The translations under genes and the position numbers were made by a program. Below are positions 9,981-19,131 of a stretch of 64,000 nt of DNA, piece by piece. How positions within the stretch are numbered: position 1 is the first letter of the stretch; every line of letters begins with the position of its first letter. The notes beneath the pieces were generated by a model. That model made no database searches, was not told the origin of the DNA, and worked only from the letters and a program-made list of their open reading frames with translations. The DNA is from Bacillota bacterium (lineage in GTDB: Bacteria > Bacillota > Desulfotomaculia > Desulfotomaculales > Nap2-2B). The stretch is from contig JBFLZY010000001.1 in assembly GCA_040755975.1 (NCBI GenBank), positions 25,398-89,397 on the forward strand, given 5' to 3'.

Positions 9981-10559
9981 GTGTTAAATCCCGGAGCGAC
10001 AACTGTTGAATCCTACAGCGACCGGCAGGTCCTGGCCTTCCCGGACTTTCGCGGACCGCTTATCTCGGTGTTGCTGGCCGCCGGCCAGGGGGACCTGGTG
10101 AGCGGCACGGTACTGGGCAGAATCACGGCCAGCGGTAAATATGCCCGGCTGCGCCGCACCACGTTGAGTGCAGACGGAGCGATCGGGCAAACCGTGCTCT
10201 CCGTCGTTGACGCCTCTATTTTTAAGGTTGGCCAGACGGTAAGCATTATGGAAGCGGACGGCACGGAACTGGAGAACCTGGGGGCGATAACGGCAATTGA
10301 CCTGGGGGCAAATACCATTACCGTCACCAATGCGCTGGCGGCTGCAAAAACTGCCGGGGCCTGGGTATTCGTTAACGACGGTTCAGAAGTAGCAAAAGTC
10401 ATCCTGGCCGAAGAGGTGCCCGACCAGGCCGCCGACGTAAACGTTCGGGCTTACCTGGGCGGCCTTTTTTACACTTCCAAGCTTGTTGGGATGGATGCGC
10501 TGGCCCGGGCTGACCTGGGGGCCAGGGTCGTTGAGGACATCACGGTAGTGCCGGCTTAA
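9981..10559 (+). CDS. head decoration-like protein
   Basis: Lies directly upstream of an E-type capsid gene (lambda D/E arrangement); no strong motif. Confidence 0.35.
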   Translation: MLNPGATTVESYSDRQVLAFPDFRGPLISVLLAAGQGDLVSGTVLGRITASGKYARLRRTTLSADGAIGQTVLSVVDASIFKVGQTVSIMEADGTELENLGAITAIDLGANTITVTNALAAAKTAGAWVFVNDGSEVAKVILAEEVPDQAADVNVRAYLGGLFYTSKLVGMDALARADLGARVVEDITVVPA

Positions 10560-10576
10560 GCAAATCTAACTAAGGA

Positions 10577-11602
10577 GTGATCGAAGTGGATTTAAGATTC
10601 CCTACCACGCGAGAAGTAACCCACGTTGTGCGGAACCGGGTAGTTGACCCGGCGAAGTTTGTTGGCGTTAAGTTTTGCCCGGTCCGCGACCACTACGCGG
10701 AGAGCATTGAATACGACGTGCTGGAAGCCTCGGTTGGGATGACGAAGCCCCACAATGTGGGCAATGATCCTAAAATCGTAAAACTTCCGGGCCAGAGCCG
10801 CAAGCGCTTCGGAACAGGCTACTGGAAAGAAACCTATCGCATCAATGAAGAAGAGCTCCTTTATGCCCGCAAGGCCGGTACGTACAACCAGCGCGCCGGG
10901 CGCGACCTGGTTTTCCAGCGGGCGAAGGAGATGGACGATCGCCTGGAGACCCGCATCGAGTGGCTGCGCTGGCAGCCGCTGACCGCCGGCCAGCTGGTCG
11001 TCGACGAGGACGGTATAAGGTATACGGTGGATTACAGCTTGCCGGCTTCCAACAAGCCGGTACTTGGGGGAAATAACCTCTGGTCCGATTTGGCGAACAG
11101 CGATCCCCTAAAGAACATTATCGACTGGCTTTTGCTCTTCCGGGGAACTGGCGCCAGGGGCGTAGAGGCGTACTTCAACAAAAAGGTGGCCGGGTACCTT
11201 GCCCAAAACGCCAAAATCCGGGATCTGCTCAAGCAGAGCCAGTACGCGAAATTTTTGACGCCGGAGAACATCGCCGCTGCGCTCAAGCTGCTCCTGCCCA
11301 CCCTGGAGTTTACTGCTTACGACGAAGGGTATTCAGATGAGGATGGCGTGTTCCATCCCTTCATCCCGGACGACAGGTTTATCATCCGTGCCGAGGGAAT
11401 TGCCGGTGAACCGCTGATGGACTTCGCAAGCACCATCAGCTTGCATAACGGCACTTTGGATAACCCGCAGCCCGGGAAGTTTGCCGTTATCGAAGACAAG
11501 TCGCAGGAGAACAAGAATCCCTACGTGGATATTACCGTAGGTATTTACGGCCTACCCCGGGTCTTTCATCCGAACTGGATCGTCAGCGCGAAGGTGGGGT
11601 AA
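10577..11602 (+). CDS. major capsid protein (lambda gpE-type)
   Basis: 341 aa, position in the head module; family assigned from size, position and general resemblance. Confidence 0.65.
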   Translation: MIEVDLRFPTTREVTHVVRNRVVDPAKFVGVKFCPVRDHYAESIEYDVLEASVGMTKPHNVGNDPKIVKLPGQSRKRFGTGYWKETYRINEEELLYARKAGTYNQRAGRDLVFQRAKEMDDRLETRIEWLRWQPLTAGQLVVDEDGIRYTVDYSLPASNKPVLGGNNLWSDLANSDPLKNIIDWLLLFRGTGARGVEAYFNKKVAGYLAQNAKIRDLLKQSQYAKFLTPENIAAALKLLLPTLEFTAYDEGYSDEDGVFHPFIPDDRFIIRAEGIAGEPLMDFASTISLHNGTLDNPQPGKFAVIEDKSQENKNPYVDITVGIYGLPRVFHPNWIVSAKVG

Positions 11603-11612
11603 GAAAGGCGGC

Positions 11613-11844
11613 GGTAACATACCGGTTACCAAAAATGCAACCGGTATGTTACCAAAGTAACCGACAGGTAACGGGCAGGTAACGTGAATGTTACCAAAGT
11701 AACGGCAAAAAACCTGCCGGTGTTACCGGGTAACATATAGAAAAAGCCTTATTTTAAGCGGCTTGTCAATTGATGGGTGGACGGTAAGAAAGCTTCTGCA
11801 GAGGGCGATGTTACCGGATTATGAATGGTTAAGGACCTGGTAAC
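11613..11844. repeat. GTTACC/GGTAAC motif array with hairpins in a 360-bp non-coding gap
   Basis: 12 GTAAC/GTTAC cores; 8-mer ATGTTACC at 11646, 11688, 11808 and inverted at 11613, 11729; perfect 15-bp stem 11613-11627/11639-11653. Confidence 0.85.
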
Positions 11845-11963
11845 GAGGCAAGTGTGATCGGCGAGTATCCGGCTGGGCAGCCCGGGATATGGAGCTGGTC
11901 GGCGGGCGCTTGCTGATTAAATAATCATAAACCTGCGAGGTGAAGGCGAGGGTGCTCTGATGG

Positions 11964-12410
11964 GTGCCCCTCGGGACTATGTACTGTACGCCCCAGAAGG
12001 TGCGGGAAGCGAACGAGCTTCTCCAGGACGAAACGGTGTTTTCGGACGAAGAGATATTACCCTGGATTGAAAAAGCCCAAAGCCGGATTGATGCGGCGCT
12101 GAAGAAACGCTACGTCGTGCCGCTGGCGGAGCCGGTGCCGGCCATTATCGAGTCCATTGCCCAGGACATGGCGGCTGGGTTTGTGATCGCCAACACGTTC
12201 AGCAACCAGCTGAGCCAGGAGGTCCTCAATCTCAGTAACCAGCTCCTTAAAAGGGCCGATAGTGACCTTGCCAGGGTGGTGGAGGAAAGGCAGCTGGACG
12301 ACCTGCCCGGGATCAGGTTGGCGACCACCCCGGGAGCCAGCAGCACCTCGGCAATGGCCAGCACCACCCCGAAACCAAGTCCGCTGGAAGGGATACTGAA
12401 GCAGTGGTAA
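11964..12410 (+). CDS. head-tail connector protein (DUF1320/Mu gp36-like); start may be ATG 11979
   Basis: N-terminus MYCTPQKV... resembles the DUF1320 start; position follows the capsid gene. Confidence 0.5.
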   Translation: MPLGTMYCTPQKVREANELLQDETVFSDEEILPWIEKAQSRIDAALKKRYVVPLAEPVPAIIESIAQDMAAGFVIANTFSNQLSQEVLNLSNQLLKRADSDLARVVEERQLDDLPGIRLATTPGASSTSAMASTTPKPSPLEGILKQW

Positions 12411-13027
12411 CCCTGTACGTAAAATCCAAAGGTCAGGATGCCGTGATGAACGTGATCGCCGACATGGCCGCCAGAGGCGTAAACACCAGGCCCCTGATGG
12501 GCCAAATCGGCCACATCATCCTGGCGTCTGTAACCAGGAACTTCGAGTCCGAAGGCAGGCCGGGAAAGTGGAAGCCGATCAGCCGGCTGACCCAAGACAT
12601 CTACGAGGGCCGCCTGCTGGACCGGCTCCGAGCCACCAAGGGATACGGAAAGATTAAGCGCGAAGCGACCCGCTTGAGAAGAGAAAGTGCTTTCCTTGAG
12701 AGGCACAAGGGGAAAATCCTGCAGCGGGAGGGCGATCTGAGAAAATCAATCGTTGTAGGCAAGGTGACCAACACCAGCGTGGAAGTCGGCTCCTCCCTCC
12801 CCTACGCCCGTATCCACCAGTTGGGCGGGGAAATAACTCCAAAAAGAGGACCGTACCTGCTGATACCCATCGGCGGAGGCAGGTTTCTTCGGGTCAAGAA
12901 GGTTACCATCCCGGCCCGCCCCTACCTGGTGCTGCAGGACGAAGACGGGACGACCATCCTGAAGTCCACGAAGGATTATATACTGGATGCCGCTCTGCAT
13001 GCCAAAGGGAGCAGGTTTAGGAGGTAG
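12404..13027 (+). CDS. phage virion morphogenesis (tail completion, Mu G-like) protein
   Basis: FESEGRPGKWKPISRLT motif region and position. Confidence 0.55.
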   Translation: MVTLYVKSKGQDAVMNVIADMAARGVNTRPLMGQIGHIILASVTRNFESEGRPGKWKPISRLTQDIYEGRLLDRLRATKGYGKIKREATRLRRESAFLERHKGKILQREGDLRKSIVVGKVTNTSVEVGSSLPYARIHQLGGEITPKRGPYLLIPIGGGRFLRVKKVTIPARPYLVLQDEDGTTILKSTKDYILDAALHAKGSRFRR

Positions 13028-13033
13028 TTAACC

Positions 13034-13510
13034 TTGCCGACGTCACCGGAAATCATTGACCTGGTGCACGATGTCTTAAAAAACGCGCCCGGCCTAGCGG
13101 GAGTTAAGGAATGGAACAAGGCCAACAGCCTGGTTACCCTGGCAGCTCCCGGCTGCTCCATAGGTCTTGATGAGGAAAAGTTCGAGGCGTACAGCAGGGA
13201 CCAGGACGAAGCCACTGCAAGATTGAGCATTTTATTCTGGTCAAAAAACATTGACCAGGCCGCAGGGGAGGCCGAAGTCCGGGAGTTGGCCCAGCAGGCC
13301 AGGCTGGCGCTGACGGCCAACCGGACCCTGGGGGGCGCTGTAGACGACAGTTTTGTGGAGGGCATACGATACGCTACGGCTGACGGCGGCAAGAGTATTC
13401 TGCTGCACCTGGCCGAGGTCAGTTATCGGGTAACGTATTATACCGATAGGTTCATTGCCGAGGCGGAAACACCGATTGACCAGCTTGACCACGACGTGGG
13501 TGCGGAGTAA
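13034..13510 (+). CDS. hypothetical neck/tail protein
   Basis: ORF track; position between the morphogenesis and sheath genes. Confidence 0.4.
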   Translation: MPTSPEIIDLVHDVLKNAPGLAGVKEWNKANSLVTLAAPGCSIGLDEEKFEAYSRDQDEATARLSILFWSKNIDQAAGEAEVRELAQQARLALTANRTLGGAVDDSFVEGIRYATADGGKSILLHLAEVSYRVTYYTDRFIAEAETPIDQLDHDVGAE

Positions 13511-13548
13511 TAAAAAGTCTCAAATTCTGAAGGAAGCGAGGGGATAAA

Positions 13549-14958
13549 ATGACACTGGAATACATTCACCCCAGGGTGGCCATCGACGAAAGCGACGTCG
13601 GCCCGCGGCCGACACCGGCGGTCAGCCTGGCCAGGATCGGAGTTGTAGGGACATTCTCCAAGGGACCGGTTAATGAGCCCGTATTAATCGGTTCTCTGGA
13701 CCAACTTGTAAGTATTTTCGGACAGCACAAAAGCGGCCTGAGCGGCTACCTATCCGCGCTGGGAGCAATGGCCCAAGGGGCTAATGATTTTTACGTTGTG
13801 CGCGTAGGCGGCGCGTCCATTGCCAGTGCATCAAAAATTCTTCAGGATTCCACACCGGCTGACTCGGTAGTCGTCACCGCAAAAACCCCGGGCAGCTGGG
13901 GCAATGACATCACTGTGGCAGTGGCCTCGGGTACCACCGGGGGAACGTTCAAACTGATCATTACCTACGGCAGCCAGCAGGAGACCTTCGATAACCTGAC
14001 CCTGGACAATGTGGCCACCCAGGTGACTTCCCAGTTCGTGACGGCAGCCAAGGCTCCGGGGGCCGCCAACATCCCTGCCAACATATCGGCAACTCCATTG
14101 TCCGGCGGCGATGACGGGGCCACTACCCAGGACTCCGATTACGTTGGCACCATCGACGGGAGCGGAAACCGTTCCGGGCTGAAGGTCCTGGAAACGGTGC
14201 GCTGCGCCATAGCGATATGCGCCCAGCAGTACAGCACCACCATCAGGAACGCGCTGCTGACCCACTGCGCCAACATGGTCATTGACTTCGGATTGAGGAT
14301 GGCGGTTCTGAACACTAGTGTAGGGTTGACCCCCACCCAGGCGGTGGCCGAGACGGCGGCCATGGACAGCATGAGGGGGATACTGACGTACCCATGGGTG
14401 GAGCTTTCGGACCTGACCGGCGAGCTGGTGGCCCCGGATGGAGTTTACGCCGGCAGGCTGTCGGTGCTGAAGGCTAGCGAAAGCCCCAGCAACAAGGAAA
14501 TCACCGGGATCAACAAGACCGAGCGGTTCCTGGCCGACTCAGAAATCAAAGCCCTCACCCAGGCCAGGATCAGCCCCATATCCCTGGTGGAGGGCAGGGG
14601 TTTCCGCATCCGGAACGGGGTCACCCTCGCCAGTGATCCGGCCTGGGCGCAGACCAACATCCGGAGGCAGTTCGACAAGCTGGAGATGGAGATTTTCGCG
14701 GCCACGCAGTGGGCCATCAGCGAGAACAACACCCCCAAGTTGCGGGCGGCAATTGCCGCACAGATCGATAACTACCTGGTAGCCAAGAAGCAGCAGGGCG
14801 AGATCTATGACTTCAAGCCTACCATCTGCGACGACACGAACAATACCCCGGAAACCATCCAGGCCAGGATACTGAATACCACCATCCGGGTGCGGCCGCT
14901 TTATGCCGCTGACTACATCGACCACCATATCCAGCGCCTAGTAGGGAATGAGAGGTGA
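13549..14958 (+). CDS. tail sheath protein
   Basis: 469 aa, precedes tube/chaperone/tape measure; sheath-like N- and C-terminal regions. Confidence 0.8.
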   Translation: MTLEYIHPRVAIDESDVGPRPTPAVSLARIGVVGTFSKGPVNEPVLIGSLDQLVSIFGQHKSGLSGYLSALGAMAQGANDFYVVRVGGASIASASKILQDSTPADSVVVTAKTPGSWGNDITVAVASGTTGGTFKLIITYGSQQETFDNLTLDNVATQVTSQFVTAAKAPGAANIPANISATPLSGGDDGATTQDSDYVGTIDGSGNRSGLKVLETVRCAIAICAQQYSTTIRNALLTHCANMVIDFGLRMAVLNTSVGLTPTQAVAETAAMDSMRGILTYPWVELSDLTGELVAPDGVYAGRLSVLKASESPSNKEITGINKTERFLADSEIKALTQARISPISLVEGRGFRIRNGVTLASDPAWAQTNIRRQFDKLEMEIFAATQWAISENNTPKLRAAIAAQIDNYLVAKKQQGEIYDFKPTICDDTNNTPETIQARILNTTIRVRPLYAADYIDHHIQRLVGNER

Positions 14959-14963
14959 TCTGA

Positions 14964-15239
14964 GTGTATCGGGTCAAAGAAGGCTGTCCGGGCTGCGGGG
15001 CATGTGACAATATTTGCCCGGTCGGGGCGATCACGGCCGGAAGCGGCCTGGGTGTTGTCATCACCGATGACTGCATCGATTGCGGAGTTTGTGTGGGCAC
15101 CTGCCCGATCAGACTAATCGTGAAGGTCACGGAAAAAGAATCCCCCGTAACAAAGGGCGGCAGTAAAAAATCCCCCCCGGCCGAGGGGAGCCAGGTGAAA
15201 GGAGGTTCCACGGATGCCGAAGCCGATCCAGGGCTTTGA
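14964..15239 (+). CDS. 2x[4Fe-4S] ferredoxin with Lys/Gly/Ser-rich tail
   Basis: Two CxxCxxCxxxCP motifs (CPGCGACDNICP, CIDCGVCVGTCP); GTG start with GAGAGGTGA RBS; 26-nt overlap with the tube gene. Confidence 0.8.
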   Translation: MYRVKEGCPGCGACDNICPVGAITAGSGLGVVITDDCIDCGVCVGTCPIRLIVKVTEKESPVTKGGSKKSPPAEGSQVKGGSTDAEADPGL

Positions 15240-15648
15240 TGTAAGCGTCCAGGTCATCGGCCCCAACGGGCCGGAACTGACCGGGGAGTACCAGGAATGC
15301 GAGTTCTCAGTCAAAAACGAGACTGAGGAATACCTGGAACTGAACGAAAGGATCCCGATGATCCTGGACGGGGAGATCAAAATTGAGGGCAAGCTGAAAC
15401 GGGGCTGGATGTCTTTAGACGTGCTCAAGGCGATCTTCGGGTCCGGTACCCTGCGGCGCGGAGAACGCCAGCCGGCAAGCCCGAGGTTTGTTATCATCTT
15501 CAGCGTAAACGCTCCGGAAAAGGGGCTGTCCGGCCGATACAAGTTTGAGCAGGCGGTAATTCCCGAGTTGTCCATCAGTATCGCCGCCGGCAAGGGCGCG
15601 GTCAAAAAGGACCTTTCCTTTAAGGCCGAGGGGATTACAGAGGCATAG
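15214..15648 (+). CDS. tail tube protein
   Basis: 144 aa, AAAGGAGG RBS, position after sheath. Confidence 0.65.
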   Translation: MPKPIQGFDVSVQVIGPNGPELTGEYQECEFSVKNETEEYLELNERIPMILDGEIKIEGKLKRGWMSLDVLKAIFGSGTLRRGERQPASPRFVIIFSVNAPEKGLSGRYKFEQAVIPELSISIAAGKGAVKKDLSFKAEGITEA

Positions 15649-15674
15649 GAAAACGATTTCAGGAGGGATATCAT

Positions 15675-16049
15675 ATGCCAATTGTTTATGGACCCTTGGA
15701 ACTTCCCAGCGGGAGGAGAATCAAGTTTCGCGCCCCCCTTGGTTCCGACCGGAGCAACGTTCTGATGATGACGCAGATTTCAGCGGAGCGGGCCATATCG
15801 GACACCATGCTGGTGGACGATTACGTGGCCGCCAAGTGCGTCACGGAAGTTGACGGGAAGCCCACGGATGGAGAGTATAAGCATCTTTTCAATGACTGGC
15901 CACTTCAGGATGTGTATTTTTACCGGGCAGTTTTCAATGAGGTGTGCGGTTTGACGGAAGATGTCCAAAAGAAAGCTAAAGAGGTCGCAGCTTTTTTGCT
16001 GAAAGGACAGACCTGTACCGCTGGATCCAAATCGGGAGGTTCGGTGTAA
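15675..16049 (+). CDS. tail assembly chaperone (G-like, short form)
   Basis: Lies between tube and tape measure; contains slippery heptamer T_TTT_TTG at 15992-15998. Confidence 0.6.
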   Translation: MPIVYGPLELPSGRRIKFRAPLGSDRSNVLMMTQISAERAISDTMLVDDYVAAKCVTEVDGKPTDGEYKHLFNDWPLQDVYFYRAVFNEVCGLTEDVQKKAKEVAAFLLKGQTCTAGSKSGGSV

Positions 16050-16153
16050 GTTACAGGGAATGGCTGGCCATGACGGACCTGGAGAGGGAAGCCGTATGGC
16101 TGGCTTTTGAATGGTTGGCGGAACAAACGGGAGGAGACACCCTGGGGGATTAA
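15675..16153 (+). CDS. tail assembly chaperone, -1 frameshift-extended form (GT-like)
   Basis: The -1 frame from 15998 is open for 51 codons to TAA 16151-16153; slippery site is in zero-frame register (gcT TTT TTG). Confidence 0.5.
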
Positions 16154-16167
16154 ACCCATGGGGTGGA

Positions 16168-16377
16168 TTATTTGGTTGATTCTCTTTTGTGTTGATAAGA
16201 ATCTGCTGCAGACATTAATACTTGTAAACCGACAAGGTATATTATTGCAGTAAACACCCATATCAACCACGGTATATTTGCGTCCCATAAAGCCATAAGC
16301 AGTGAGGTCGGAATAATTGCAACTAAGTAACAAATCGGCAGTGACAGCAACGAGGCAAAAAACATAACGATTTTCAT
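16168..16377 (-). CDS. small two-TM membrane protein, antisense moron
   Basis: Only - strand gene in the tail module; visibly AT-richer; own TTGCTT-16-TATACT promoter-like element and AGGGGG RBS. Confidence 0.5.
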   Translation of the reverse strand: MKIVMFFASLLSLPICYLVAIIPTSLLMALWDANIPWLIWVFTAIIYLVGLQVLMSAADSYQHKRESTK

Positions 16378-16416
16378 GAACATCGCCCCCTAACCTTTTT
16401 TAAAGTATATCACACC

Positions 16417-18516
16417 ATGCGAAAAAAGCAAGCGAAAAAAGCAAGGTGGAAGGCCATGGCAAGTACTACATTTACGATAGCGTTAATGCTTACGGCATAC
16501 AACAACATGAAAAGTGCCCTTTCCAGCGCTGAAACAAGTATAAAAAGTCTGGGTACAACATTCAGCCATACGCAATCGAGAATAAGCAGCACTACCGCTC
16601 AGCTGGAAAGGGCGCGCAAAGAACTTGATAAGTGGGAAAGCCGTGGTATGGCGCAGGTGGCTGGCGGGATGGTGATGGCCGCCCCCTTTGTGGGCGCGGT
16701 AAAAGCCGCCGGCGATTTCCAGGACGTGCTCCAGGAGCTGAAAATAGTAACCTACGACGCAGCTATGCCGTTGGAGGAATGGGAAAAACAGGCGAAAGCA
16801 ATGGCCGAACAGGCAAAACAAATGGGAATGGCTACAAAGTTTAACGCCACTCAAGCCGGCCAGGGATACGTTACGCTGGCCAAGGGAGGAGTGCTGGCCA
16901 GGGACATTTTAGAGGGGACCGGCGAAGCGACGGTAAAACTGGCCCAGGCAAGTGGTATGCTACCGGCTCAGGTGGCTGAGTCAATGGTGAAGGTGGGTAA
17001 CGCATATTCCATACAGGGCAAAGAAATGCTTGCCCTGGCTGATTTTATGTCGAGAGTGGACAACGCCTCCACCGCTTCGTTGTATTCGCTGACAGAAGGA
17101 TATAAATATGCTTCGGCGGCGGCCGCCCAGTTGGGGGTTTCCTACAAAGACACCGGCCTTGCGCTGGCGGTGCTGAATAACCGGGGACTGGACGGCACCA
17201 CCGCGGGCACCAACCTTGCGGACATGCTGCGCCGCCTGGCGCCGGTAACCAGGATGAGCGCCCAGGCGATGAAGGAACTGGGCCTTTCCACCGCCGACGT
17301 GGCCAACATCAAAAGGGGCGCCTCCAGGATAGGCCTGGCGGGACAAGACCTCTTTCACGACGAGTCCGGTAAATTGAAGCCGATGGCTGACATTATTCAG
17401 ACTCTGCGCCGGCAAACACAGGGCTTGCGGGCTGATGTCGTCCAGGTGGCGTTTACGGAGATGTTTGGCGTTGAAGGTGCCAGGGCGGCCCTTGCCTTAA
17501 TTAAAGAGGGCTCTGGTAGCTGGGAGGAAGTAAATGCGGCAACAAAAAGGGCTATGGGATTGAATGAACGGATCGCGCTGCAGCAAGAGACCTTTAACGC
17601 GCAGGTTGAGCAATTGCAGGAATCGTGGCATACTCTTATGGTCACCGGCGGTACTCCGGTGCTCTCATTCTTAACTGATGCCGTAGTTTACGCAAAAGAT
17701 CTAGTGCAAAAGTTTTCTGATTTCAGCAAAGAGAATCCGGGACTTACGCGGGGGTTGATGTATGGCATTGGAGCTTTTGCAGCCTTTAATATAGCAGTTG
17801 GAGTTGCAAGGGTCGGATTTTCAATATTTGGAAGAAACGTTCTTTCGGTGGTAGGGATGATTTCAAAGCTTAGCAGTGGCGCACTCAGCGCAGGTAGAAG
17901 CATGATCGGCTTTTGGAATACCTTTCAATATTTCCGCCAGGGCGCCGGAATTTTCAGGTCTCTATGGTCAGCCGTGGCTTTTGGCCACCCTGCCCTGGCC
18001 CGGGTTATCGCCGTAGTCTCAAGATTTGGGGGTACCTTGGCCCGGTTAGGTATCCAGGCGCTTGTTACCGGGGCCAGGCTGGCGGCAGCCTGGCTCGTGG
18101 GCTTAGGGCCGGTTGGCTGGATTATCATGGGTGTTTCGGCCATTATTGCCGCGGCGGTGGCGGCCTGGAAGACCAATTTCGGGGGCTTCCGGGACTTTGT
18201 TATGAGCGTCGTTGAAAAGATTATCAAGGTAATAAACAAAATCCGTGGGTTCCTGGGAATGTCCCTCATTGAATTGGATTCTGTGAAAAGAGGCGTAGGA
18301 GACTTGCGGGCTTTGGAGTACGAGAAGCCGCAGGTTATCAAAACCGTAGGCATGGGTGACGACAACAGGCAGTTCAACTTCAGCATTCGAAGCACCGATC
18401 CGAAGGAGGCGGCCGCAGAAGTCAGCTCAATCCTCGGCGGCCCCGGCATGGACAAATACAGAAGGTCGAGGGACCCCAGGCTGCAATATGATTTCTACGG
18501 CCTGGCCATGGAATAG
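16417..18516 (+). CDS. tail tape measure protein
   Basis: 699 aa, helical N-terminal half, Gly/Ala-rich hydrophobic stretch, position. Confidence 0.8.
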   Translation: MRKKQAKKARWKAMASTTFTIALMLTAYNNMKSALSSAETSIKSLGTTFSHTQSRISSTTAQLERARKELDKWESRGMAQVAGGMVMAAPFVGAVKAAGDFQDVLQELKIVTYDAAMPLEEWEKQAKAMAEQAKQMGMATKFNATQAGQGYVTLAKGGVLARDILEGTGEATVKLAQASGMLPAQVAESMVKVGNAYSIQGKEMLALADFMSRVDNASTASLYSLTEGYKYASAAAAQLGVSYKDTGLALAVLNNRGLDGTTAGTNLADMLRRLAPVTRMSAQAMKELGLSTADVANIKRGASRIGLAGQDLFHDESGKLKPMADIIQTLRRQTQGLRADVVQVAFTEMFGVEGARAALALIKEGSGSWEEVNAATKRAMGLNERIALQQETFNAQVEQLQESWHTLMVTGGTPVLSFLTDAVVYAKDLVQKFSDFSKENPGLTRGLMYGIGAFAAFNIAVGVARVGFSIFGRNVLSVVGMISKLSSGALSAGRSMIGFWNTFQYFRQGAGIFRSLWSAVAFGHPALARVIAVVSRFGGTLARLGIQALVTGARLAAAWLVGLGPVGWIIMGVSAIIAAAVAAWKTNFGGFRDFVMSVVEKIIKVINKIRGFLGMSLIELDSVKRGVGDLRALEYEKPQVIKTVGMGDDNRQFNFSIRSTDPKEAAAEVSSILGGPGMDKYRRSRDPRLQYDFYGLAME

Positions 18517-18525
18517 GTGATGTAA

Positions 18526-19122
18526 ATGGCGACGAAGGTATTTTTAGGCGACATCCTTTTCACGCCGGGACCCAGAAAAAGGCTAAAGTTCAACAACCCG
18601 CGCAGCATAGCGAAAATAGACATTCCCGGCGCCCCGCCGGTGTACCAGGACATGGGAGAAGATGAAACCACCCTGGCCTGGGATGGCGTACTGGAAGGCG
18701 ACGATGCATACCAGAAGGCCATCCAGATCGAGAGCATGAAAGACGCCGGCCAAGTGGTGCAGCTTGTGGTGTCCGATTGCCCGGAGCTGTGCAAGCAGGT
18801 CCGAATCAGGAGCTTTCCCTGGGACGTGGTGCGCTTGGACAGGGTGGAATATTCCATCGAGCTGGTGGCCGAAATGCCTCCGCCGGCGGTGTCCAACATC
18901 ACCGTGACTGCTGCCCAGGGGATCCAGGAGGGCACCGAAGAGCAAACCACTCCCTCCCCCTCCCCGGGGAATACATACGTCATAAAAGAAGGAGATACCC
19001 TCTGGGCCTTGGCCCAAAGACACTTTGGAGACGGCACCAGATGGCGGGAGATAGCCAGTGCCAACGGGATTATGGATCCCACCTCCCTGCAGATAGGGCA
19101 GGAAATAGTCCTTCCGGTATAG
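18526..19122 (+). CDS. LysM-domain tail protein (XkdP-like)
   Basis: C-terminal LysM (YVIKEGDTLWALAQRHFGDGTRWREIASANGI...LQIGQEIVLP). Confidence 0.65.
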   Translation: MATKVFLGDILFTPGPRKRLKFNNPRSIAKIDIPGAPPVYQDMGEDETTLAWDGVLEGDDAYQKAIQIESMKDAGQVVQLVVSDCPELCKQVRIRSFPWDVVRLDRVEYSIELVAEMPPPAVSNITVTAAQGIQEGTEEQTTPSPSPGNTYVIKEGDTLWALAQRHFGDGTRWREIASANGIMDPTSLQIGQEIVLPV

Positions 19123-19131
19123 GGTGGTGAT

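Noticed and set aside
11603-11963. GTTACC repeat island considered as a CRISPR array or tRNA cluster
   Set aside because: There are no regularly spaced 25-40-bp direct repeats with unique spacers and no cloverleaf-compatible segments. The motifs are 6-8 bp and occur in both orientations.
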